A DNA stretch of 64,000 nucleotides, taken from assembly GCA_964481175.1 (NCBI GenBank), contig CAYZSZ010000001.1:1602-65601 (forward strand), in the 5' to 3' direction. A program made the translations under genes and the position numbers. Source of the DNA: an uncultured Candidatus Saccharibacteria bacterium (GTDB lineage: Bacteria; Patescibacteriota; Minisyncoccia; Phycocordibacterales; PALSA-1337). Position 1 is the first letter of the stretch. Each line of letters begins with the position of its first letter. The notes beneath the pieces are model-generated. The model made no database searches. It was not told where the DNA came from and saw only the letters and a list, made by a program, of their open reading frames with translations. Shown piece after piece: positions 37,658 to 46,905 of the stretch.

Positions 37658-39031
37658 ATGGCCCAGCAAACATCTCCATACTTTAAAACAAAGGATCTGA
37701 GGATACCCCCTCAGAGTCTTGAGGCAGAACGAGCACTCCTCGGCTCTATCATGCTACGACCCGAAGTCATGTACGACGTTATGGATATCGTCCAAAAGCC
37801 GATGTTTTATTCTGAAAAGCATCGCATCATGTGGAACAACATGGCCGAGCTCCACAACAAAAACACTCCGATCGACCTCCTTTCCCTTTCAAACAAGCTA
37901 AAAGAAAAAAACGAATTAGAGATGATCGGTGGTATGAGCTATCTCACTGAGGTTGTAAACAGCGTACCCTCATCTACAAACGCTGTCTATTACGCTCAGA
38001 TCGTTCAGAAAAAATACATGATGCGACAGCTGATCGAGGCGTCAGAGCATATCGGTAACCTTGGTTTTGATGAGTCAGGTGAGCTCGAAGAAGTTCTCGA
38101 CAAAGCAGAGAAAAAGATTTTCGAAGTTACAAACTATACCGGCGGCGGCAAATTCTCTCATCTTAAAGACGGACTATTCGAAGCAATGGAGCGTATAGAA
38201 AAGTTACACAACACCCAGGGAGAGCTTCGTGGTGTACCTTCTGGTTTTAAAGGTCTCGACAACAAGCTCGCAGGGTTCCAAAAAGCTGACCTCATCATCC
38301 TCGCCGCCCGACCATCAGTCGGAAAGACTTCCCTCGCCCTCGATATTGCTCGAAAGGCAGCGACTCTCCACAAAGTACCTGTAGGTATATTTTCATTGGA
38401 AATGAGTGCGCAGCAGCTCATCGATCGTATGCTCGCCGCAGAGTCACAAGTGGATGCGTGGAAGCTACGCACCGGTCAAAAGCTTACCGAGATGGATTTT
38501 TCACCCCTCAAAGAAGGTATCGACCGCTTGAGCCAGGCACCTATATACATCGATGACACACCTGGAAACAACATCCTCAAAATGCGTTCTGTTGCACGTC
38601 GCCTAAAGAGCGAAAAAGGTCTCGGTCTTATCATCGTTGACTACCTCCAGCTCATGATCCCTACTACTAGCCGTAACTCTGACAACGTCGTACAGCAAGT
38701 AACCGAAATCTCTCACTCATTGAAAAACTTGGCTCGAGAACTAGAGGTACCGGTAATCGCTCTTTCACAGTTGAGCCGTGCCGTAGAGCAGCGTGGTGGT
38801 GAGCCACGACTTTCAGACCTCCGAGACTCTGGATCCATCGAGCAGGACGCAGATGTTGTGCTTTTCATCCACCGAGAAGATCGTTTCAACGAAGACAAGT
38901 CGATCGCCATGAAAGCAAAGATCATCATCGCAAAGCACCGAAACGGTGCAACCGGCGAGATCGCCATGGCATTTGACGGTGACAAAACAACCTTCTTGGA
39001 TGTCGATAAAAACGAGTTTGACGGCTTTTAA
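37658..39031 (+). CDS. dnaB: replicative DNA helicase DnaB
   Basis: N-terminal domain 'PPQSLEAERALLGSIM' and RecA-like domain with Walker A 'ARPSVGKTS'. Confidence 0.9.
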   Translation: MAQQTSPYFKTKDLRIPPQSLEAERALLGSIMLRPEVMYDVMDIVQKPMFYSEKHRIMWNNMAELHNKNTPIDLLSLSNKLKEKNELEMIGGMSYLTEVVNSVPSSTNAVYYAQIVQKKYMMRQLIEASEHIGNLGFDESGELEEVLDKAEKKIFEVTNYTGGGKFSHLKDGLFEAMERIEKLHNTQGELRGVPSGFKGLDNKLAGFQKADLIILAARPSVGKTSLALDIARKAATLHKVPVGIFSLEMSAQQLIDRMLAAESQVDAWKLRTGQKLTEMDFSPLKEGIDRLSQAPIYIDDTPGNNILKMRSVARRLKSEKGLGLIIVDYLQLMIPTTSRNSDNVVQQVTEISHSLKNLARELEVPVIALSQLSRAVEQRGGEPRLSDLRDSGSIEQDADVVLFIHREDRFNEDKSIAMKAKIIIAKHRNGATGEIAMAFDGDKTTFLDVDKNEFDGF

Positions 39032-39033
39032 TT

Positions 39034-39600
39034 ATGAATGAACTAGTAGAACTATTCCGAGAATTCCCTGGCATCGGTCCGCGACAAGCGAAGCGTTTTG
39101 CCTATTTCCTCATGAGCAAGCCAAAAGGCTATACCGATAGACTGATCAATGCGATACAGACAGTTAGAAACAGCGTCCACACCTGTCCTACCTGTTTTCG
39201 TCTTTTAACAAACAAAGAGTGCTCGATCTGTACAGCTCCACGTGACAAAACGCTGATGGTGGTCAGTCGCGATATCGATCTAGAAACCATAGAAAAGACA
39301 GGCGCATATAATGGCTATTATTTTGTTCTCGGCGGGACTGTTCCCATCCTCGACAAAAGCCCAGAACAGCGTATCCGTATTGCTGAGTTATTGAAAAGAA
39401 TAGATAAAAACGATATCAGTGAAATCATTTTCTCGATGAGCCTCACTCCTGAAGGAGAAAATACCGAACAGTATGTACGCTCTATGATCAAAAAAGATAT
39501 CAAAATGTCCACGTTAGGACGTGGACTTTCAACTGGGTCTGAACTCGAATATGTAGATGGAGATACCCTTAAAAACGCCCTGAAGAATCGCTTTATTTAA
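39034..39600 (+). CDS. recR: recombination protein RecR
   Basis: HhH domain, C4 zinc finger 'CPTCFRLLTNKECSIC', Toprim domain. Confidence 0.9.
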   Translation: MNELVELFREFPGIGPRQAKRFAYFLMSKPKGYTDRLINAIQTVRNSVHTCPTCFRLLTNKECSICTAPRDKTLMVVSRDIDLETIEKTGAYNGYYFVLGGTVPILDKSPEQRIRIAELLKRIDKNDISEIIFSMSLTPEGENTEQYVRSMIKKDIKMSTLGRGLSTGSELEYVDGDTLKNALKNRFI

Positions 39601-39910
39601 CAGCGTCAATTTTTACCTGGAACATCGGCTGCTTGTGTCCGTTTCGCTTGAAGTATCGGCTCTTTTGCTTGTATTTTATAACGTCTACCTTTGGAAGTCG
39701 TCCGATCTTTGTAATAGTAGCTGTAACTGCTGCCTTTGGGATGTAAGGAGTACCGATAGTAGTGTCTTTGCCATTGTCCACGAGCATGACCTTATCAAAA
39801 GTGAGCTTGTCACCCTCTTTGTACTCACCTACGATCTTTTCGATAGTGACTAGATCGCCAGCTTGTACCTTATATTGCTTCCCGCCTGTGTGGATAATTG
39901 CAAATTCCAT
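39593..39910 (-). CDS. rplU: 50S ribosomal protein L21
   Basis: 'MEFAIIHTGGKQYKVQAGDLVTIEKI' matches L21. Start taken at the internal Met. Confidence 0.85.
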   Translation of the reverse strand: MEFAIIHTGGKQYKVQAGDLVTIEKIVGEYKEGDKLTFDKVMLVDNGKDTTIGTPYIPKAAVTATITKIGRLPKVDVIKYKQKSRYFKRNGHKQPMFQVKIDAVK

Positions 39911-40053
39911 AGTGAGGTATATTCTACACATTTTATATATAAATGCAAGGGGCGATGCCAAGACCGATTCATATATACAGTATATCCTTAAATTTCATGA
40001 ATATTTTATTAAAAATTCATTTAAATTTCATTTCTGTTTGATATGGTGATTCG

Positions 40054-40389
40054 ATGTCTGATTATTTGTTTGAGAAAGAAAAAGCAAGGCTTTTGTACAA
40101 AAGCCTGAAACCTGTCTTTTGCCCTGCCTTGCAGGATTGGGTATATTTTAACGATCATGGGTTCAGGCATATTTTAGTTAAAAATAATAGAACTCGACCG
40201 AAGAGTGACCAGATCCGGAGATTTAGACTGCTACCCAGTGCTCGCAAAGTGATTTCTATGGCGACTGCATATGTATATCGCCAAGGCAAACAGGATGCAT
40301 CTTTTTGGTCTGTCTCGAACGGAAGAGTTAAGATTTTAATACGCCAGATAAACAATGGCCAAAAGCATTTCTTTAGTATAATGGATTGA
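40054..40389 (+). CDS. small basic protein, paralogue B of 37228-37506
   Basis: See paralogue A. Followed 6 nt later by the AAATCCGCCGAAGCGGAT hairpin. Confidence 0.45.
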   Translation: MSDYLFEKEKARLLYKSLKPVFCPALQDWVYFNDHGFRHILVKNNRTRPKSDQIRRFRLLPSARKVISMATAYVYRQGKQDASFWSVSNGRVKILIRQINNGQKHFFSIMD

Positions 40390-40394
40390 ACGTA

Positions 40395-40420
40395 AAAATC
40401 CGCCGAAGCGGATCTCTACG
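40395..40420 (-). terminator. terminator for rmuC (minus strand); inverted copy of the 37278 hairpin
   Basis: On the minus strand, ATCCGCTTCGGCGGAT followed by TTTTTA. Confidence 0.5.
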
Positions 40421-40503
40421 TAACCTGTCATCAGCTATAATTCCGATAGGTCCAACTTGAGACAAAGCTCAAAGTACCACAGGTGTATGTAAATTAGTAT
40501 ATT

Positions 40504-41514
40504 CTACTCTTCTGGCTTGTCAATTACTAAAGTTTCCATACCTGCAGCCTCACCAGTAATACGTAAAACATCCTTGTCTATCTTCTTGAACTCCTTGCCG
40601 GCATTGTTGTAGTGGTTTACGGTCGTACTGAGGGTATTTCCGAGCTTCAAATGATAGTCCTCGTACGCTTTTAAATGCTTTCCTAGCTCTTCTACACGCT
40701 TAACGATGTCTTTTGCTGTTTCCTCTATTTGGAGCGCTTTTAGGCCCTGTAAAACGGTCTGGAGATAGGCCAGGAATGAGGTCGGAGAGACAATGATGAC
40801 CTTGTACTTGTGAGCGGCTGTTTGGATGAGGTTTTCAGAGCCGATTTTGTTGATAATGAGGTCGTAATAGATCGCTTCATGTGGGATAAACATAAAAGCA
40901 AACTCCATCGTCCCCTCGCTTGGTCGAATGTATTTTGAGGTTTCGATAATGCGGTTTTTGAGGTCGTTTACAAAAAGCTTTTCGAACTTTTCTTTTTCGA
41001 TTGGATTCTTTTCTTCTACTAAACGATTGTAATTCTCTAGGCTGAATTTTGAATCAATCGGGATAATTTTGTCTTTGATAAAAACAACGGCGTCCACGAT
41101 CTCGGAATTACCGAATTTGTACTGCATTTGAAAGTTGGTCGATGGCAGAATGTTTTTGAGCAATGTCTCTAGATAGTACTCTCCCAAAATACCTCGTTGT
41201 TTTGGATTTTTTAGGATGTCCTGGAGTGACTGCAGCTGATCAGTAAATGAGATGACTTGCTTCCCTGTTTCTTTTACCTGAGCGAGCTCGTTGGTGATCT
41301 CTTTTATAAGACGCTGCGACTCACCAAACTGGTGACGAACCGCATCACTCATAGCACGAGAGGACTCGCCGATTTTTGAGTCGACGGTACGGTGTACTTC
41401 GTTTATCTGTTCGAGAATGAGCTTAAGTCCAGTATCATCCTGCTTTTCACGCTTTCGCAATACGACAATGACGAGGGCGACAGAAAGTAAAATTATTGCT
41501 ATAGTTTGTATCAT
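40504..41514 (-). CDS. rmuC: DNA recombination protein RmuC
   Basis: N-terminal TM helix and coiled coil. RmuC C-terminal nuclease-like domain '...FAFMFIPHEAIYYDLI...'. Confidence 0.8.
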   Translation of the reverse strand: MIQTIAIILLSVALVIVVLRKREKQDDTGLKLILEQINEVHRTVDSKIGESSRAMSDAVRHQFGESQRLIKEITNELAQVKETGKQVISFTDQLQSLQDILKNPKQRGILGEYYLETLLKNILPSTNFQMQYKFGNSEIVDAVVFIKDKIIPIDSKFSLENYNRLVEEKNPIEKEKFEKLFVNDLKNRIIETSKYIRPSEGTMEFAFMFIPHEAIYYDLIINKIGSENLIQTAAHKYKVIIVSPTSFLAYLQTVLQGLKALQIEETAKDIVKRVEELGKHLKAYEDYHLKLGNTLSTTVNHYNNAGKEFKKIDKDVLRITGEAAGMETLVIDKPEE

Positions 41515-41531
41515 AAATATAGTATACCAAA

Positions 41532-41978
41532 ATGATTCACCAAAGCATAAAAACCCAACTAATCGAAGCAATGCGAGCAAAGGATGCAGTTCGACTCGAT
41601 GTCATCCGCGGTCTCCTTTCTGCTTTTTCAAATGAGCTTATCGCAAAAGGTAGTGCTGAGCCTTTTCTCGACGATGCTTCAGTTCTCACACTTATAAAGA
41701 AAAGCGTAAAACAACACAAGGACTCAATCGATCAGTTTACAAAAGGTGGTCGTATGGACCTTGTCGAAAAAGAAGCAGCCGAGCTCAAACATCTTGAGGC
41801 CTACCTCCCTGCTGCCATGTCAAAAGAAGAAATACTAAAAATTGCTACTGCAAAAAAGGCTGAGCTCAATGTGACCGACAAAGCTGGTTTGGGCAAACTC
41901 GTTGGGGCTGTGATGAAAGAAACAAAGGGTTTGGCTGATGGAAATGATGTAAAAGCAGCTGTAGAAAGCCTATTCTAG
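41532..41978 (+). CDS. yqeY: GatB/YqeY-domain protein
   Basis: 'KTQLIEAMRAKDAVRLDVIRGLLSAF' plus '...KEEILKIATAKKAELNVTDKAGLGKLVGAVMKETKG...' is a typical YqeY. Confidence 0.8.
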   Translation: MIHQSIKTQLIEAMRAKDAVRLDVIRGLLSAFSNELIAKGSAEPFLDDASVLTLIKKSVKQHKDSIDQFTKGGRMDLVEKEAAELKHLEAYLPAAMSKEEILKIATAKKAELNVTDKAGLGKLVGAVMKETKGLADGNDVKAAVESLF

Positions 41979-42231
41979 ACCACATTTGACACGTCTAGTC
42001 AATCGTGCTATCATTGTAAGTGTATGGGAGATAGAACATTGTCCGTCGAAGAGGCTGCTCCCAGGTTTGACTTCATGCGCCACATTGTGTCGCAAGGAGC
42101 TGACTATGCGGAACCGCCGCGCTGGCAACGGTTTGTGCGCAGAAAGCGCCGACCCCAAAAGCCAAGCTGGACTGGCAACGCAGTTGCCATGAGACTACCT
42201 CCTGAAGGTTAAGACCCTTCGAGAGACCGCA

Positions 42232-42264
42232 AACGGCGTCCTTGCCCTTGGACGCCGTTTTTCT
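42232..42264 (+). terminator. rho-independent terminator ending a GC-rich non-coding island
   Basis: 10-bp stem AACGGCGTCC/GGACGCCGTT followed by TTTTCT. Confidence 0.55.
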
Positions 42265-42288
42265 CCCCCCCCCTATTATTTTAATATT

Positions 42289-43917
42289 TTATTTCGCAGG
42301 CAGCTCTACAAAGAATTGTGATCCCTTTCCCTCTCCTTCAGATGTAGCCCAGACTTTTCCATGGTGTGCATCGACGATCTGTTTTGCAACGAATAGTCCA
42401 AGACCAGTTCCGTGTATATTTGTTTTATTTGCATTGTATGCACGAGCAAATTTCTGGAAGAGTGAAGTGATTGTTTCTGGTCGCATACCGATACCAGTAT
42501 CTTTTACTGAAAACTTTATTTTCCCATTTTCTTTTGCTAACGAAACAGTGATTTTTCCTGTTGGCGTGTACTTTACTGAGTTGTCGATAAGGTTCATAAA
42601 TACTTGTTTTATCTTGTCTGGGTCTGCAGGGGCAATATATGTATCAGGAGCAGCATCAAATGCAAACTCGACTCCTGCTTTTTTAATATTTGGTTCTATT
42701 TCACCGATCACATCTTTTACGATTTTCAAAAGATCCTGGTCTGTGAAGTAATACTTCATACTACCGAGCTCGATTCGAGAAATATTCAAATAGTCTTCGA
42801 CTACGTTTGCCAATGTTTTTGATGATTCAAATATACGAGAGACTGCTTCTTTTACATCTTTGTTGATCTCACCATAATCTCCATCAAGCACTAGTGAGGC
42901 ATACCCTTTCATCGCAGCGAGTGGACTCTTGAGCTGATGCGTAGCAAATGAAACGAACTCTGATTTTTGTTTGTCTTGTTCGACGAGGCGATCGTTTGCT
43001 TTTTGTAGGTCCACACGGAGTGTAACTTCTTTTTCAACACTCTTTGTTAAAAAGTATCCAAAGAACAAAGAAGTAGTTCCAGAGACGAGAACGAGCAATC
43101 GCGGGAAGTATCCTTCGATAAAGAGAAGCTGCGAGAACACAGTCACGACCAATGTCACTACGAGCATCTCAGCTCCCAATAGTTTGATATTGAATGTATG
43201 GTAACGGACGATGAGAAATGCGAGGATACCGATAAAGAACAACACTCCGAGCAAACCAAACATCTCCACCTGATAGTTTCCACTTTTTTCTGAGTAGTAG
43301 CCTGCAGCAAAGAATGAGAGTAAGAACAAAATAAGACCAGAGTTTAGTAAAAGGATTTGTTTTGTTTTATTTACTGTCCTGTTGTAAATGGTTACAAGCG
43401 CGAGGATGGCAATAGAAGCAGAGAGTAGCATCTTTAATGCGATCACGTAGTACTCCATAAAAGGATACTCGACTGCGATGCATTCATTTAAATCAAAATA
43501 TGAAATATTCCAACCGGTAATAGTAGAAAGTGGTAGAGGTAAAAATACAACGAGAGCAACAGCTTTTGCGATCCACGGAATATCTCGCTCATATGCAAAT
43601 ACATACGCAAAATAAAAGCTGAGGCCGTATATGAGGACGGCAAACATCTCGATCGGAGACCAAGAAAACATGACGATACTACTGAGATCATAATTGAGCC
43701 AGATCGAGAGATTACAAACTACCCATGCTACAAACGCCAATGAAATACCGAGAAAGATTTTTGAGAGCAGTAATTGCTTTTGGCGAGTGTAGACAAAGAA
43801 CCCAAGGAGGAGTGTAAAAAAAGCTGTCGGAATATGCGTATAGTAAAGTATCGGCGCAACTTCTTCGACAATACCTTTGCAATATTGAATATTTTCAATC
43901 AGGTTAAAATCAACCAT
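42289..43917 (-). CDS. sensor histidine kinase with multi-TM N-terminal domain (orphan)
   Basis: About 8 TM helices, then HisKA '...FATHQLKSPL...' and HATPase_c 'DTGIGM...GTGLGL'. Confidence 0.75.
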   Translation of the reverse strand: MVDFNLIENIQYCKGIVEEVAPILYYTHIPTAFFTLLLGFFVYTRQKQLLLSKIFLGISLAFVAWVVCNLSIWLNYDLSSIVMFSWSPIEMFAVLIYGLSFYFAYVFAYERDIPWIAKAVALVVFLPLPLSTITGWNISYFDLNECIAVEYPFMEYYVIALKMLLSASIAILALVTIYNRTVNKTKQILLLNSGLILFLLSFFAAGYYSEKSGNYQVEMFGLLGVLFFIGILAFLIVRYHTFNIKLLGAEMLVVTLVVTVFSQLLFIEGYFPRLLVLVSGTTSLFFGYFLTKSVEKEVTLRVDLQKANDRLVEQDKQKSEFVSFATHQLKSPLAAMKGYASLVLDGDYGEINKDVKEAVSRIFESSKTLANVVEDYLNISRIELGSMKYYFTDQDLLKIVKDVIGEIEPNIKKAGVEFAFDAAPDTYIAPADPDKIKQVFMNLIDNSVKYTPTGKITVSLAKENGKIKFSVKDTGIGMRPETITSLFQKFARAYNANKTNIHGTGLGLFVAKQIVDAHHGKVWATSEGEGKGSQFFVELPAK

Positions 43918-44638
43918 TGTTATTAGTAGTATACACTTCTTTTGGATAAAAAAGCCACGAATTTTCCCCTTCGAACTCAAATGGTAAGAGTGGATATATA
44001 AGCGGGATACATCCGTAGAACTCTTTTATCTTTTCAATACTTGGAATCAGCTTTGTATCGAGAAACTTTTTTTCTTCTCGATCCTCCAGGAGGAAGTTTT
44101 CAAAAAGAATACCGTGCGCCACAAACAAAGAAAAATAATTGAAATAATATACTTTGGTATTTCTCGTATTATTGAACCATTTTGTGATGTTAATGATTTT
44201 GTACGAATCAAAGTCTTTTATATGCTTGCGAGCGAGATTGTGATGAAACTCAACAAGTGACTCACCTTTGAGCGTCTTTATCGTATCAATCTTTTTGCCT
44301 TCATCATTGAAATCGATAATGACTTTCTTTTTTTCTTCAGTGCGGATGAGACCGAGATGATATTTTGTCTTGTTCACCGCCACAAACTTGTCATAATATT
44401 CCAAAAAGACCACTGGGAGACCTATGTCTTTGGCTAAGTCTAAAAAATACAACGTCTCTTTGTTTGGCGTGATGATGTTGCGGCAGAAAAATAGACATGG
44501 CTCATCAGGCATCCAGTCGGGGTATGCATCACCCATCGTTTCTTTTACTTTTTTGATGAGCTCGCTGTTTTTATTTCGTTTTTTGAGCTCACGAAGAGCC
44601 TCCGTCAGGCGAGTATAGAAAAGTGGTTCTGGTTTCAT
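43910..44638 (-). CDS. hypothetical protein
   Basis: ~240-aa ORF overlapping the kinase start by 8 nt; no recognisable motif. Confidence 0.4.
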   Translation of the reverse strand: MKPEPLFYTRLTEALRELKKRNKNSELIKKVKETMGDAYPDWMPDEPCLFFCRNIITPNKETLYFLDLAKDIGLPVVFLEYYDKFVAVNKTKYHLGLIRTEEKKKVIIDFNDEGKKIDTIKTLKGESLVEFHHNLARKHIKDFDSYKIINITKWFNNTRNTKVYYFNYFSLFVAHGILFENFLLEDREEKKFLDTKLIPSIEKIKEFYGCIPLIYPLLPFEFEGENSWLFYPKEVYTTNNNG

Positions 44639-44639
44639 G

Positions 44640-44825
44640 TTATTCTGCTGACAAACAGGTTGACTGAGCGAGGCAAGCTTCGATCTCACCATTTCTCACA
44701 AAATATGTTTGTTCATCTACGGTGAGTGAGACATTGTACTCCCCTTTGTAGATATACATGTATCCGGCATAGGCGATAGAGCCAAATATAGTGAGTAGTA
44801 AGATAATGAGCAAAAACTTATTCAT
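44640..44825 (-). CDS. small secreted protein (61 aa), hypothetical
   Basis: Signal peptide 'MNKFLLIILLLTIFGSIAYA'. Confidence 0.3.
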   Translation of the reverse strand: MNKFLLIILLLTIFGSIAYAGYMYIYKGEYNVSLTVDEQTYFVRNGEIEACLAQSTCLSAE

Positions 44826-44839
44826 ACTAGTATTATATA

Positions 44840-45748
44840 CTAAAACGCTGCGAGGATTCCCCCAGCTACGATAAACAGCGTTGCAATCCCCTTTTTAATC
44901 AAAATCCCACGAGAGATTTCTTCTTCGATGAGATGGGGCGCAAACATCGTAAACAAAATACCAAGGATAAAAATAAATAATGGCTGAGTCCCCTCGATGC
45001 TCAGTACGAGAGCAACTGGTGCAAGTGTGATTGCAAAGGCAAATGAAAGATTGCCGATAACGGTAGCCGCTTCTGAAACTAGGTTGATACCGAGAATAGT
45101 TCCACTGCTCGTAGTCACGGTTTTGATAAAATCTTGTCGTGCTTTTTTAATCAACAAGAAAATCAAAATACCGAAGACGAGAAGACCGACATTTTCCCAA
45201 AACGAAACAGTGATAAAGTTCGAATCGAGTGCCATCAGTTTAAATACCGTTCGTTGCAAGGCAAAGATGACCGATGAAAGCGACATGAGTAAGATCAGCT
45301 TCCATTTGATCGTGCCCCGCTCTACCGTGAGTATAAGTGCCCCGATGATAATGAGCAGCGATGCGAGCGTGTGCATCTTTGACAATAACTCTCCCAAGAG
45401 GACATACCCAAAAATAAATCCAAATACAGGGATGAGCTGAAAGAATGGAGCGACGATCGAAGTCTCTTCATCAAATAGGCATAGCAAATAGACATATATT
45501 GCAAACGCTCCAGCACAACCAGATGCAATCATGATCCAAATATGTTGGGTCGGTATGTCGAATATAGTACGGTCAAAGTAATAAAGGACTGGTAGTGTAA
45601 TGATTGCAAAGAAAGTCGAGAACAGCATGAGCGACCCTATCCCTCCCTCTCGTTTAAAAAACTTGTCGAGTAAAAACTTGTCAGCAAAGTTTACCAATGC
45701 CCACAAGATAGGTCCGACAAGTGCATAAAAAATCCAGTTCATATCCAT
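44840..45748 (-). CDS. DMT-superfamily (EamA-like) transporter
   Basis: 10-TM protein with two EamA-like halves. Confidence 0.7.
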   Translation of the reverse strand: MDMNWIFYALVGPILWALVNFADKFLLDKFFKREGGIGSLMLFSTFFAIITLPVLYYFDRTIFDIPTQHIWIMIASGCAGAFAIYVYLLCLFDEETSIVAPFFQLIPVFGFIFGYVLLGELLSKMHTLASLLIIIGALILTVERGTIKWKLILLMSLSSVIFALQRTVFKLMALDSNFITVSFWENVGLLVFGILIFLLIKKARQDFIKTVTTSSGTILGINLVSEAATVIGNLSFAFAITLAPVALVLSIEGTQPLFIFILGILFTMFAPHLIEEEISRGILIKKGIATLFIVAGGILAAF

Positions 45749-45760
45749 ATGGTAGCATAA

Positions 45761-45789
45761 TTGACACATGCCGATAGTAGTTATAGTAT
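45761..45789 (+). promoter_or_regulatory. near-consensus sigma70 promoter TTGACA-N17-TAGTAT upstream of the sigma-factor gene
   Basis: -35 at 45761-45766, 17-nt spacer, -10 at 45784-45789, about 50 nt upstream of the ATG at 45839. Confidence 0.5.
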
Positions 45790-45838
45790 TTCTTTCAGAC
45801 CAACAACCTTCCCAACCTCAACCACAATCCTGTTGACC

Positions 45839-46846
45839 ATGAGCGTAAATCCTTTCAAACCGCGACTGCACAAACTAGCATCTCGCACTGGTGCCGCTCC
45901 GGTGCCAGCCATCGAAGTGCCCAGAGTAGACCCTGATCCAGCACCTGCAGCAGTGAGTCATGTCCGTTCTCTCGCCCGCGAGGGTGATTATGCACTGCGG
46001 TCGTATTTGCGAGAAATCAGCGAAGTCCCCCTCCTCACACCACAGGAGGAAATCGAACTGGCAGGCAGAATCCAGGCCGGTGACCACCGGGCTCGCGATC
46101 GTATGATCCGTGCCAACCTCCGCCTGGTGGTGAAAATCGCCAAGGATTATGACGGGATGGGCTTGCCCCTCCTCGACATGATCAACGAAGGCAACATCGG
46201 CCTCATGAAGGCTGTCGAGCGTTTCGACCCTACCAAGGGAGCAAAGCTCTCGACGTACGCAGCCTGGTGGATCAAACAAGCCATCAAGCGAGGACTTGCC
46301 AATCAAGGAAAGACGATCCGTCTCCCGGTCCACCTGGTGGACCGAGTGGCAAAAATCCGTCGCACCGCGATCAAGCTCCACGAGGAGCTTGGGCGTGAGC
46401 CGACTGATGCAGAGATCGCCGAAGTCCTGGGCATGACCGCCGAGCGAGTGACCGAGCTCATCACAGCGAGCTATCGTCCTGCATCACTGGACGCGACCGT
46501 CGGAGAAGATGGTGAGTCGGAGTTTATGGATATCGTGCCTGACCCGAATAGCACGACTGCCTACGAAGACTTCGAGCAGCAGACTCGGCACGAGCTCATC
46601 AAGAAACTTACTGTCGCACATCTCGATGACCGTGAGCTCGCAATCATTCAGTCCCGCTTCGGTATCGACGGCGGCTCCGAGCGTACGCTTGAGGAAGTGG
46701 GCGAGCGATTTGGCGTCACCCGCGAGCGGATCCGGCAGCTTCAAAACATTGCGCTCAAAAAGCTTCGGAAAGCGATGCTAAAGCACGAAGCAGTCCGAGA
46801 CCCTGAGCTGGATGAGCTGGCTGCCAGAGCATCAGCAATCAAGTAG
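45839..46846 (+). CDS. RNA polymerase sigma-70 family factor (RpoD/SigA-like, regions 1.2-4)
   Basis: Region 2 '[37 protein letters not shown]'-type sequence; region 4 HTH '[29 protein letters not shown]'. Distinctly GC-rich versus neighbours. Confidence 0.85.
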   Translation: [335 protein letters not shown]

Positions 46847-46866
46847 GCTATAACAGCTTACGAAAC

Positions 46867-46898
46867 CCCGTACCACGAGAAATGGTACGGGTGTTTTT
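46867..46898 (+). terminator. rho-independent terminator between convergent sigma-factor and msrAB genes
   Basis: CCCGTACC-N9-GGTACGGG stem followed by TGTTTTTA. Confidence 0.6.
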
Positions 46899-46905
46899 AT
46901 TTATT

